Of a stretch of 64,000 nt of DNA, positions 37,553 through 47,944 are shown one piece after another. Source of the stretch: an uncultured Thermoleophilaceae bacterium (GTDB lineage Bacteria; Actinomycetota; Thermoleophilia; Solirubrobacterales; Thermoleophilaceae); the NCBI GenBank assembly GCA_963752455.1, contig CAVVYE010000015.1:8029-72028 (forward strand), read 5' to 3'. Each line of letters starts with the position of its first letter. Position 1 is the stretch's first letter. The translations under genes were made by a program, and so were the position numbers. The notes below the pieces were generated by a model, which saw only the letters and a program-made list of their open reading frames with translations, searched no databases and was not told where the DNA came from.

Positions 37553-39230
37553 TCAGCCCACCATGTCCCGCGCGGCCTGTCCCGCCGGGATCATCGGATA
37601 GCAGTTCTCCTCCTTGGTCACGCGCACGTCCACGAGCACCGGGCCGTCCTCGGCCAGCGCCTCCTTGAACGTGTCCAGGAGCGCGCCCTTGTCCGAGACC
37701 ATGACGCCCTTCGCGCCGAAGGCCTCGGCGAGCTTCACCCAGTCGGGGCTGGCCCCCATCTCGACGGACGAGTAGCGCTTGTCCCAGAACAGCTCCTGCC
37801 ACTGGCGGACCATGCCGTAGTAGCCGTTGTTCATCAGGAAGATCTTCACCGGGATCTGCTCCGTGACGCACGTGGCCAGCTCCTGGACGTTCATGATCAG
37901 CGAGCCGTCGCCGGCCAGGCACACCACGTCGTCGTCCGGCCGGGCCACCTTCGCGCCCATCGCCGAGGGCAGGCCGAATCCCATGGTGCCGGCGCCCCCG
38001 GAGTTGATCCACTGGCGCGGTCGGGTGAACCCGTAGTACTGGGCGGCCCACATCTGGTGCTGGCCCACGTCCGAGGTGATCACGGCCTTGCCGCCCGTGG
38101 CCTCGTACATCGCCTCCACCATGTACTGCGGCTTGATCTCCGAGTCCTCGCTGTCGTCGTAGCGCAGCGGGTACTTGTCCTGCCAGCCGTGGATGCGCTG
38201 CCACCAGCCCTCGAGGCGAGCGGGATCCGCGCCCAGCGCGCGGTACTCGGCGGTGAAGCCGGGGCAGGATGTCCTTCGCGTCGCCCACGATCGGGATGTG
38301 CGCGGGCACGTTCTTCGAGATCTCGGCCGGGTCCACGTCGATGTGGATGAACTTCGCCCGCGGCGCGAACTCGGACAGCTTGCCGGTGATGCGGTCGTCG
38401 AAGCGAGCTCCGATGGCCACGATCAGATCGGCCTCGTCCATCGCGTAGTTCGCGGTGCGGGTGCCGTGCATGCCCAGCATCCCGAGCCACTGGTCCTGGT
38501 CGGCCGCAAACGCGCCGAGGCCCATCAGCGTGCAGGTCACGGGCAGCTTGTCCGACAGGCAGAACTCGGTGAACTCCCGCGATGCCTCGGCGTTGATCGA
38601 TCCCCCGCCCCCGTAGATCACGGGGCGGATCGAGTTGGCCAGGGCCTTGGCCGCCAGGCGGATCTGCTTGGCGTTGCCCTCCTTGGTGGGCTGGTAGCCG
38701 GGCAGGTTCAGCTTGGACACCGGCTCGTACGGGATGTCGGCGCGGGAGAGGTCCTGGGGCACGTCCACCAGCACCGCCCCGGGCCGCCCGCTGCGGGCGA
38801 TGTGGAAGGCCTCGTGCATGGCGCGCGGGATGTCCCGGGGGTCCTGGATCATCACCGAGTGCTTGACGATCGGCATGGTGATGCCGCTGATGTCGGCCTC
38901 CTGGAAGCCGTCGGTGCCGATCAGCTCGGTGCGCACCTGGCCGGTGATGAAGACCGTGGGCACGCTGTCCATCTGCGCGTCGGCGATCGCGGTGACGAGG
39001 TTCGTGGCTCCGGGGCCCGAGGTGGCCAGCGCCACGCCGACCCGGCCGGACGCCTTCGCGTAGCCCTCGGCCGCGTGTCCGGCGCCCTGCTCGTGGCGGC
39101 AGTGCACGTGCCGGATTCCGGCGTCGTAGAGCGCGTCGTAGGTGGGCAGGTTGGCCCCGCCCGGGATGCCGAACACGTGCTCGACGCCCTCGGCCTTGAG
39201 GCACTCCATGATGGCGTCAACGGCTCGCAT
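37553..39230 (-). CDS. ilvB: acetolactate synthase large subunit (one apparent frameshift near 38265)
   Basis: MRAVDAIMECLKAEGVEHVFGIPGGANLPTYDAL...RHEQGAGHAAEGYAKASGRVGVALATSGPGATNLVT...FQEADISGIT... joins ...DVGQHQMWAAQYY...SGGAGTMGFGLPSAMGA...GDGSLIMNVQELAT. AGGAG SD 11 nt upstream of the ATG. Confidence 0.93.
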
Positions 39231-39341
39231 ACGGCCAGCGCTCCTTTCTGGGGGCGGTTGTCCTCCACCTCACTGGTGTAGTGGGGTGACGGGACGACGC
39301 AGTCTACCAGCGGCTTTTCGCCCCCGGGGAATCCGTGCCGC

Positions 39342-39627
39342 TCAGGCCGAGGCGTGCGGCCGGCCGATCTCGGCCGGATCGAGCGGGAACTCGAGGTCCC
39401 GCCCGCAGCGCTTGCACACCTGGTCGTGCAGCTGCAGCACCTTCCCGCACTCCGGGCACCGCCTCACCGGCTCGTTGCGGTCCCAGCGGTAGAGCAGCGG
39501 CGGCGACCGTGCCGATCAGCGGCAGGCACAGTCCGATGAGGAACCAGAGCAGGAACGACCCGCCCTTGATCTTTCCCACGACCCCCGCGGAGAGACCGCA
39601 GAAGAAGGCGAGGACGATGTACTCCAC
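39342..39627 (-). CDS. small membrane protein with C-terminal zinc-ribbon (one apparent frameshift near 39490)
   Basis: GTG 39627: VEYIVLAFFCGLSAGVVGKIKGGSFLLWFLIGLCLPLIGTVAAA. After a one-base shift: LLYRWDRNEPVRRCPECGKVLQLHDQVCKRCGRDLEFPLDPAEIGRPHASA (CxxC...CxxC), with a stop at 39342..39344. Confidence 0.55.
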
Positions 39628-39637
39628 GGGTCTCCTC

Positions 39638-39808
39638 TCAGAGCACCCGGAGAGCCCAGACCACGGCCACGACGGCGATCACCGCCACCAGGAGCCAGGC
39701 CAGCCCCGCCACGAAGCCGAGCACCAGCTTGAAGAGGAGCCATGCCGCGACCAGGAGCACCAGCAGGGCGACCAGCTTGCGGCCCGCATCCGACGCCTTC
39801 TCTCGCAT
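39638..39808 (-). CDS. 56-aa two-TM hypothetical membrane protein (below the ORF-track size cutoff)
   Basis: Own translation: MREKASDAGRKLVALLVLLVAAWLLFKLVLGFVAGLAWLLVAVIAVVAVVWALRVL. GC3-rich, and it exactly fills the gap between the flanking genes. Confidence 0.45.
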   Translation of the reverse strand: MREKASDAGRKLVALLVLLVAAWLLFKLVLGFVAGLAWLLVAVIAVVAVVWALRVL

Positions 39809-39820
39809 GAGCCAAGTGTG

Positions 39821-40766
39821 TCAGAGCAGGCGCGCGGGCCTGGTGGGCAGGTAGCGGTCGAGCCCGGGCAGCGGAACGGACGACATCACCCAGCTCGGCC
39901 AGCGGACCTTGAAGCCCAGCCTCCGGAGCCGGTCCAGCACCCACCACGAGTCGGTGGTGCAGTACACGCCCAGGGTGTCCGGCTGCTGCGACTTGGCCAC
40001 GCGGTCGAGGGCGGCCAGCACCACGGGGAGCAGGTCCTCCGGGGTCGAGCCCACCGCCGGCCCGATCTCCCCCAGCGGACTCACCCAGCAGAGCGACCTG
40101 GCCTCCTCGCCGTTCATCACGGCGAGGCAGCTTCGGGTGCGGCCGAAGAACTCGTGCAGCGCCGGGCGCTTGTGCGCGATGGCCAGCGGCTCGAGGCGCT
40201 TCCACTCCTCCACGGCGCGGTCCACCGTGAGCACGTGCACGGCCGGCTCCGTGGCGTCGGTCTCCAGCGACCGGCGCTCCATGAACTGCGCGGTGCCCAC
40301 GCGCAGGTGCCAGTGCCCGGCCACGGGCATCACGCCGAAGCGGGTGTAGAGGGTGAGGTCGGGCGAGGTGCCGAGCGTGACCACCACACGGCCGCGCTCG
40401 CGGGTCGGGCTCTCGGGCCAGACGCGCTCCAGGAGCCCCTTGCCGATGCCGGTGCCCATCCGTTCCGGATCCACGGCCAGCTCGCTCAGCTCGTCCATCG
40501 GATCGAAGCGCGCGACCCGCACGTAGCCCACGATCCGGTCCTCCTCCTCGCAGACCCAGAAGTCGCCGTCGGGCTGGCCCGCGATGAACTCGAGCAGCGG
40601 GCGCTGGCGCCTTCCACTCCTCCTCGAGGAAGTCGGTCTCGGAGCTCTCGTCGACCGGCGGCACCCCCCGGCGGCGCACCGCCTCCCGCAGCGACACGGC
40701 GGTGAGCTCGAAGGTCGCGCGGAGATCGGCCGGCCGGCCCTCGCGGAAGATGCGCTCGCTCGTCAT
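39821..40766 (-). CDS. GNAT-family N-acetyltransferase, two-domain (one apparent frameshift near 40610)
   Basis: MTSERIFREGRPADLRATFELTAVSLREA... joins ...IVGYVRVARFDPMDELSELAVDPERMGTGIGKGLLERV (acetyl-CoA motif A) plus a C-terminal domain. ATGA overlap with ndh. Confidence 0.7.
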
Positions 40767-42086
40767 ACGGGGCCTCCGGGCTCGTCCGGCTCGTCCATGA
40801 GCGGGTGGAGCGGCGGCGGATGGCCCAGCTGCCCGAGGTCGGCCGACGCGCGGCCGAAGAACAGGCCCACCGTCCAGTCGATCACCAGACGCAGGCGCCG
40901 GGCCACGCCGGGCATGGCGGCCAGGTGGTAGGTCCGGGCCGCGAACCAGGCCGGGAAGCCGCGCAGCCGCACGCCCAGCATCGTGGCCACGGCCTTGTGG
41001 CGGCCCATGTCCACGAACACCCCGAGCGTGCGGTAGCGGAAGGGGCGCGTCTGCCCGCCGGACAGCGTGGCCGCCACGTTGTCGGCGGCCACCTTCCCCT
41101 GCCGCAGGGCGTGCTGGGCGGTGGGCGGCGAGGGCGCCTGGCGGCGCTTGGCCGGGTCGGGCACGGCGGCGGAATCGCCCACCGCCCAGACGTTCTCGTG
41201 GCCCTCCACCCTCGTGGTGGGCTCCACCCGGATCCGGCCGGTGCGCTCGTCGATCGGCAGCCCGAGCCGCGGGAGCACCGGAGAGGGCTTGACCCCGGTG
41301 GTCCAGCAGACCGTGCGGGTGGGGATGCGCTCGCCGTCGGTGAGCGTGCACGCGTCCTCCTCGATCGACGCGAGCCGCGTGCCGGTGCGGATCTCCATGC
41401 CCCGGCGCCGCAGCTCGCGCGTGGCGAAGGCGGCCAGGCTCGGCGGGATCTCGGGCATGATCCGGTCGCGGTCCTCCACCAGCACGAAGCGGGCGCCCTC
41501 CACGCGGCAGCGGGGATAGCGGTCGATGAGGTCGGTCACGAAGTCCTGCACCTCGGCGATGCCCTCCACGCCCGCGTATCCGGCGCCCACGAAGACGAAG
41601 GTCAGGTAGGCCCGGCGCTGCTCGGAGTCGGGCAGCGACTCGGCCACCTCCAGGTTCCACACGGCGCGGTTGCGGAGGGCGATGGCGTCCGCGAGCGCCG
41701 CGGAAGCCCACGCCGTGCTCGGCCAGCCCGGGCACCGGCAGCACCCGCGAGACCGAGCCCAGGGCCACCACCAGCTGGTCGTAGTGGAGGCGCTCGTCGC
41801 GGCCGTCCACGGTTCGGATGCTGATCTCGTTCCGGTCGGGGTCGGCGCCGGTCACGCTCCCCATCCGGAGCTCGGCCCACTTCAGCTCCTCGCGCAGCGG
41901 CACCACCACGTGGCGCGGCTCGAGCGATCCCGAGGCCGCTCCCGGCAGGAGCGGCGTGTAGAGCATGAAGTTCTCCGCGGAGACCAGGGTGATGCGCGCG
42001 CTGTGGCGCGGGAGGCGCTTCTCCAGCCGGAGCGCCGCATAGAGACCGCCAAAGCCGCCACCGGCGATCACCACCTCGTTGGCCAC
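40763..42086 (-). CDS. ndh: type II NADH:quinone oxidoreductase (NDH-2) (one apparent frameshift near 41700)
   Basis: MANEVVIAGGGFGGLYAALRL...LYTPLLP... joins ...FVFVGAGYAGVEGIAE...VWAVGDSAAVPD..., and a C-terminal membrane-anchoring region. Confidence 0.88.
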
Positions 42087-42097
42087 GACCGGCGAGG

Positions 42098-42737
42098 CTA
42101 CTGCCTGGCCGCCGCGCGAGCCGCGCGGAGGGCCGGGCGCATGGCCGGCGGCATGCGGCGCCCCACCCGCCAGGCCGCGCCGGCGAAGGCGTGGTTGGCC
42201 ACGGTGGCGAACCCGACCTCGTCCTCGCGCAGCGCCAGCAGCAGGTGCGCGATGCGGTCGGAGGGCGGCAGCTCACGGTCGGTGGTGCGCACGCAGAAGC
42301 AGTGCACACGGCGGCCACCGGGCACCACGAGCAGCACCCCGGCCTCCCCCACCAGCCAGGTCCCGAGCGACCCGGGCTCGAGCGCGAGGCCGGTGTCGCG
42401 GTGCAGGTCCCGTTGATCGTGGCCCAGCAGATCGCCCAGGAGCCCCTGGGCCACGGCCTCGGCCCTCCTCGTTGCGCGGGCCCTTCGGGCGCACCACGCT
42501 GGCCCCGCGGAAGGCGTAGATCTCGGGAATGATCCAGCCGTGGGCGAAGGCCACCATGGCCACGGGCACGGTCACCGGGTCGAGGGCCAGCAGCACCGCC
42601 CCGGCGACCACGAAGGGCACCGTGTAGGCCACCGTCCAGGCCTGCCAGATGCGCCCGTAGCGGCGCAGCCAGCCCGCGTCGGTGGGCCGGCGCCAGGGAA
42701 CGCTCGCCAGCTCGGGAAGCGCGTGCCCTGCCTCCAC
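42098..42737 (-). CDS. hypothetical membrane protein (one apparent frameshift near 42470)
   Basis: MEAGHALPELASVPWRRP...WTVAYTVPFVVAGAVLLALDPVTVPVAMVAFAHGWIIPEIYAF joins AQGLLGDLLGHDQRDLHRDTGLALEPG...RVHCFCVRTTDRELPPSDRIAHLLLALRE. I recognise no family. Confidence 0.5.
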
Positions 42738-42741
42738 CGCG

Positions 42742-42966
42742 CTAGCCGCCGGCGATCGGCCGGCGCATGATCACGAGGTCCGCCTCGCGCGGGAGCTCGC
42801 GGACGTGCGTGGCCTTGCCCGGTCCGTCGGGCACGCTCGCGATGTACCCGAGCTCGACCTGCTTGCGGAACTCGCTCAGCGCGGCGTCGAAGGCCGGGTC
42901 GTCCTGGGTCGTCCACTCGGCCAGCGTGCTGTGGCCGCTTCGGTCCATCCGGATCAGTCGCGCCAT
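42742..42966 (-). CDS. hypothetical 74-aa protein
   Basis: Intact ORF with a GAGAGGAG SD-like motif upstream: MARLIRMDRSGHSTLAEWTTQDDPAFDAALSEFRKQVELGYIASVPDG... I recognise no family. Confidence 0.5.
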   Translation of the reverse strand: MARLIRMDRSGHSTLAEWTTQDDPAFDAALSEFRKQVELGYIASVPDGPGKATHVRELPREADLVIMRRPIAGG

Positions 42967-43023
42967 GACGTTCTCCTCTCGACGGGTGCTTCGCTGCCTC
43001 GCCCGAGTGAGGATACGCCGCCC

Positions 43024-44456
43024 TCAGACGCCGATCCGCTCCCGGATCATGCGCTGGACCTCGCCTCCGTCGGCGCGGCCCTTGGTCTCTTTCATCACGG
43101 CTCCGATCACCGCGCCGATGGCGCGATCGTTGCCCGCCCGGATCTTCTCCACGGCCTCGGCCTGCTCGGCCAGAGCCCGGTCCACGATCTGCTCGAGCTC
43201 GTCCCCGCCGGCCATGCCCGAGGCCGAGCGACTCCACGAGAGCGCCCGGGTCACCGCCCTTCTCCACCAGCTCGCCGAGCACGTCCTTCGCCGCCGACGC
43301 CGCCACCTGGCCGCCCTCCACCATCTCCACCAGGCGAGCCAGCGCCGCGGGCTCGATCTTCGTCTCGTCGGGCGTCCGGTCCCCGAGCCGGGCGGCCAGG
43401 TCGTTCACCACCCAGTTCGCCACCTGGCGCGGCTCCGAGCCGCCGGCGGCGAGCGTCTCCTCGAGGAAGTCGCCCAGCTCCGCGCGGAAGGCCAGCAGGC
43501 GAGCCGAGGCCGGGGGCAGCTCGAGGTCGCGCTCGAAGCGCTCGGCCCGGGCCTGGGGCAGCTCGGGCAGCGCCGAGCGGGCGCGTTCCAGCATCTCCGG
43601 CGTGGGCGCGATCGGCACGAGGTCGGGCTCGGGGAAGTAGCGGTAGTCGTGGGCCTCCTCCTTGGAGCGCAGCGAGCTGATGCCGCCCGTCCTGCGGGTC
43701 GTAGTGGAGCGTCTCCTGCTCGACCCGCCCGCCGTCGGCCAGGATGCGCTCCTGGCGCTCGATCTCGGCCACGATGCCGCGCTCGAGGAAGCGGAAGGAG
43801 TTCATGTTCTTCAGCTCGGTCTTGGTGCCGAGGGTGGTCTCCCCCGCCGGGCGCACGGACACGTTCGCGTCCATGCGCAGCGAGCCCTCCTCCATGTTCA
43901 CGTCCGACACTCCCATGCGCCGGAGCGTGGCCTGGAGGACACGCCCGAACTCGGCCGCCTCGGCCGCCGAGCGCAGGTCCGGCTCGGTCACGATCTCCAC
44001 CAGCGGGGTGCCGGCGCGGTTGAAGTCCACCACGCTGCTCTCCGCCCCGTGGATGCGGCCGGACGCGCCGGCATGCACCAGCTTGGCCGCGTCCTCCTCC
44101 AGGTGCACGCGGTGGATGCGCACGTCGCCCAGGCGGCCCGCCGTGGCCAGCGGAATGTCGTACTGGCTGATCTGGTAGGCCTTGGGATTGTCCGGATAGA
44201 AGTAGTTCTTGCGGTGGAAGATCGACCGCTCGGCGATCTCGCACTCGAAGGCCATCGCGATCATCAGCGCCAGGTGCACCGCCTCGGCGTTGGTCACCGG
44301 GAGCGAGCCCGGGTGGCCCAGGCACACGGGGCAGGTGAGCGTGTTCGGAGGCTGCCCGAACGCCAGCGCGCAGCCGCAGAACATCTTCGTCCGCGTGCGC
44401 AGCTGCACGTGGATCTCGATGCCGATCACCGGCTCCAGCCGGCGCGTGCCGTTCAT
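43024..44456 (-). CDS. gatB: Asp-tRNA(Asn)/Glu-tRNA(Gln) amidotransferase subunit B (two apparent frameshifts near 43690 and 43220)
   Basis: [23 protein letters not shown]...[13 protein letters not shown]...[20 protein letters not shown]...[10 protein letters not shown]...NMNSFRF; then [20 protein letters not shown]...; then the GatB/YqeY tail [30 protein letters not shown]. Confidence 0.92.
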
Positions 44457-45864
44457 CCGCGCGGCCGCCCCTCGAAGCCGAGCGCCCCTTCGAGCGCGTG
44501 GGCGGCGTCCAGGATGCGCCCCTCACTGAAGGCCGGCCCCACGATCTGCAGCCCCACGGGCAGCTCCTCGGAGAGCCCGACCGGGATGGAGATCGCCGGG
44601 AGCCCGGCCAGCGAGGCGGGCACGGTGTAGTAGTCGGAGAGGTACATGGCCAGCGGGTCCGCGGTTCGCTCGCCGAGCCGGAAGGCCACGGTGGGCGAGG
44701 TGGGCGTGATGACCAGGTCCACCCGCTCGAACGCCGACCGGAAGTCCTCCACGATCCTCGTGCGCACCTTCTGGGCGGTGCCGTAGTAGGCGTCGTAGTA
44801 GCCCGACGACAGCGCGTAGGTGCCGATCATGATCCGGCGCCGGACCTCCTCGCCGAAGCCGTCGTGGCGGGTGCGCTCGTACATCTCCAGCAGGTCGTCG
44901 CTCGGGGTGCGGTGGCCGTAGCGCACGCCGTCGTAGCGGGCGAGATTGGCGCTGGCCTCGGCGGGTGCGATCACGTAGTAGGCGGAGAGTCCGTGCCCGG
45001 CATGCGGAAGCTCCACCGGCTCGGCCGATCCCCCAGCTCCTCCACCAGCGCCACCGCCCGCCGCACCTGCTCGGCCACGCCGGGAGCGAGGCCCTCCTCG
45101 TCCAGCCCCCACACCCCCACGCGCACGCCGTCGAGGCGTTCGGCCGTGGGCAGCTCGATGCCGCTCGGGTGCTCGAGCGAGGTGGAGTCCTGGGGGTCGT
45201 GGCCCACCAGCGCCCTCAGCAGAAGCGCCGCGTCGGTGACGGTGCGGGTGAGCGGCCCGCACTGGTCGAGCGAGGAGGCGAAGGCGATCATCCCGTACCG
45301 CGACACCGCCCCGTACGTGGGCTTCATGCCGACGATGCCGCAGAGGGCCGCCGGCTGGCGGATCGAGCCCCCGGTGTCGGTGCCGATCGCCCAGGGGGCG
45401 GTGCCGCCGGCCACCGCGGCGGCCGATCCCCCGGAGGAGCCGCCGGGCACGCGCTCGCGGTCCCACGGGTTCAGCACCGGGCCGTAGGCGGAGTTCTCGG
45501 TGGACGACCCCATGGCGAACTCGTCCTGGTTCGTCTTGCCGAGCACCGGAGCGCCCGCCGCCGCGAGGCGCTCCACCGCCGTGGCGGTGTAGGGCGGGCG
45601 GTACCCCTCGAGGATCCGCGACGCGGCCATGCTGGGCACGCCCTCCACGCAGAAGAGGTCCTTCACGGCCACCGGCACCCCGCCCAGCGCCGCGCCGGGC
45701 TCGGGATCCGCCGGCGCCTCATCGGCCACCCAGAGGTAGGAGCCGAGGTCGTCGGCCGCGGCCCGCCCGCGCCAGAAGTCGAAGAGCTCGGAGGCCGACA
45801 GCTCGCCGTCGCGCACCCGCGCGGCCGCCTCGGCGCCTGTCAGCTCGGCCAGGTCGGCGCTCAC
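44453..45864 (-). CDS. gatA: Asp-tRNA(Asn)/Glu-tRNA(Gln) amidotransferase subunit A (one apparent frameshift near 45030)
   Basis: Amidase signature [27 protein letters not shown]...[13 protein letters not shown]...[16 protein letters not shown], and the C-terminal part in ORF 44453..45466. Confidence 0.93.
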
Positions 45865-46148
45865 GAGCGACCCGGGCTGGGAACCCCGAAGCCGTCCGGC
45901 CGCGGGTCGGGCGCCGGCTCCAGCGCGCGCTCCACGGGCAGGCTCGGCCGGGGCACGTCCTCGCGCAGCACGTTCTCGATCTGCACCACGTGCGTCGTGG
46001 GCTCCACGTTCTCGAGGTCGAGCGACTCCATCTTCTCGATGTGGTCGAGGATCTTCGGCAGCTCCGCCACCATCGCGTCGATCTCTTCGTCGGTGAGGCG
46101 CAGCCGTGCGAGGCGGGCCACGTGCATCACCTGCTCGCGGTCGATCAT
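45861..46148 (-). CDS. gatC: Asp-tRNA(Asn)/Glu-tRNA(Gln) amidotransferase subunit C
   Basis: Intact 95 aa: [40 protein letters not shown]. Overlaps the gatA start. Confidence 0.9.
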   Translation of the reverse strand: MIDREQVMHVARLARLRLTDEEIDAMVAELPKILDHIEKMESLDLENVEPTTHVVQIENVLREDVPRPSLPVERALEPAPDPRPDGFGVPSPGRS

Positions 46149-46185
46149 CGCGGCGATTGTAGGTGCCGGGCCGTGCTCGGCCCGG

Positions 46186-46557
46186 TCAGGCGCCGAAGGC
46201 CGAGCGGTCCACCATGCGCCGCTCGTGGGTGCCCACGCCGATGGTGCGCTCGGCCTCGGTGACCTCCACCGCGAAGCGCAGCTTGCGCCCGTCCGCCACC
46301 TCGTCCAGGCGGGCGGTGACCGCGCACACCGCGCCCTCCGCGGCCGCGCCGACGTGCTTGATGCACACCTCGAACCCCACGGTGGCGTGTCCGTCGGGCA
46401 GGTTCTCGAAGGCCAGGACGGACGCGCAGCGCTCCATCATCGCGATCATCCCCGGCGTCGAGAGCACCTTCACCGGGAGCGTTCCGCCCACGTCGGTGAG
46501 GAGGCGGTCCTCCACCGTGAACTCCTCCCGGCGCTCGATGCCGGGCTCGAGCGTCAC
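46186..46557 (-). CDS. hotdog-fold thioesterase (fluoroacetyl-CoA thioesterase-like family)
   Basis: Intact 123 aa: EEFTVEDRLLTD...VLSTPGMIAMMERCASVL...ATVGFEVCIKHVGAAAEG...GRKLRFAVEV...IGVGTHERRMV. Confidence 0.7.
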   Translation of the reverse strand: MTLEPGIERREEFTVEDRLLTDVGGTLPVKVLSTPGMIAMMERCASVLAFENLPDGHATVGFEVCIKHVGAAAEGAVCAVTARLDEVADGRKLRFAVEVTEAERTIGVGTHERRMVDRSAFGA

Positions 46558-47047
46558 GCGCCGTCGCCGGGCGGCGGAGCGGGCAGCAGCTGGATCTCCG
46601 GGGGAGCGGACACCGGCCGGCCGGTGGCGTCGGTGAAGCTCCCGGAGGGAGAGAGCCGCTCATCCCGCATGGAGATGGTGGCGCTCACCACGATGCCGAG
46701 CAGTGCCGGCCAGCGCCAGCCACAGCCCGATCTCCCGGCCCGTGGCCTCGTCCGGGAGGGAGAGGACCCGGAACAGCATCAGCACGAGTCCGATGAGCCC
46801 CAGGAGGGTGACCAGGGCGTCCAGGGCGATGGGCCCGGCCGCCACCGCGCATCCATGCCGTGGCCACGAGCACCGAGATGGCGCTCAGGGCTACGAGGGC
46901 GAGCATCACGTCCACGACGCCGAGGGCCTCCCAGCCGCTGAGCTCGTCGCCGGCCGTCCCGTACCAGGGCAGGAACAGGGACACGAGGAGCACAAGGCCC
47001 GAGATGGCGAGGAGGATCTCGCCCGCGCGCAGTCTCCGCAGGTCCAT
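46554..47047 (-). CDS. hypothetical multi-TM membrane protein (at least two apparent frameshifts)
   Basis: MDLRRLRAGEILLAISGLVLLVSLFLPWYG...LGVVDVMLALVALSAISVLVATAW, then AAGPIALDALVTLLGLIGLVLMLFRVLSLP...GLWLALAG, then LLGIVVSATISMRDERL...PPPGDGA. The stop overlaps the thioesterase GTG (GTGA). Confidence 0.5.
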
Positions 47048-47069
47048 CGGCGGAGGGTACCCCGCCGCC

Positions 47070-47944
47070 CTAGGCGGAGTTACCCGCGGCCAGCTGGGCC
47101 TGCGCCGCGGCCACGGTGTTCACCAGGAGCATCGCCCGGGTCATCGGCCCCACTCCGCCGGGCACCGGGGTGATGGCCCGCGCCTTCGTCCTCACGCCCT
47201 CGAAGTCCACGTCGCCCACGAGGCCGGCGTCGGTGCGGTTGGTGCCCACGTCGATCACCACCGCGCCCTCGCGCACCATGTCCGCGGTGATCAGCCCCGG
47301 CTTCCCCGCCGCGGCCACGATCACGTCGGCCTCCCGGCACACGGCGGCCAGGTCCCGCGTGCGGGAGTGGCAGTGCGTGACGGTGGCGTTGGCCGCCAGC
47401 AGCAGCTGGGCGAGCGGCTTGCCCACCAGGATCGAGCGGCCCGACCACCACGGCGTGGGCTCCCTCGAGCTCCACCTCGGCCTCGCGCAGCAGCTCCATC
47501 ACCCCGGCGGGGGTGCAGGGAACCATGGCGCCGATCTGGTCCTGGAAGAGCAGACCGGCGTTCACCGGGGTGAGGCCGTCCACGTCCTTCGCCGGGGCGA
47601 TGAGGGGCACCAGCACGGCCTGGTCCAGGTGGAGCGGGCAGCGGAAGCTGAAGCAGGATGCCGTGCACCCGCTCGTCGGCGTTCAGCGACTCGATCAGCG
47701 CCGCCAGCTCCGCCTCGGACACGTCGGCCGGCGGCTCGTGGTGGAACGACCGGATGCCCACCTGGGCGCTGTCCTCCCGCTTCATGCGGACGTAGACCTC
47801 GGACGCCGGGTCGTCACCCACGAGGATCGTGGCCAGGCCCGGGGTGACGCCGTGGCCCTCCTCCAGCTCCTTGACCATCGCGGCCACCCGCTCGCGCATC
47901 CGCGCGGCCAGCGCCTTGCCGTCGATGACCTGGGCCTCAGCCAC
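47070..47944 (-). CDS. folD: bifunctional methylenetetrahydrofolate dehydrogenase/cyclohydrolase (two apparent frameshifts near 47640 and 47440)
   Basis: [15 protein letters not shown]...[21 protein letters not shown]...[11 protein letters not shown]; [14 protein letters not shown]...[11 protein letters not shown]; [22 protein letters not shown]...AAGKPGLIT...[10 protein letters not shown]. Confidence 0.9.

Noticed and set aside
39231-39341. Leader peptide or attenuator upstream of ilvB, as known for some Actinobacteria.
   Set aside because: No short ORF enriched in Ile, Val or Leu codons is present. Only a weak GCGGC...GCCGC stem and a good AGGAG ribosome-binding site are seen.
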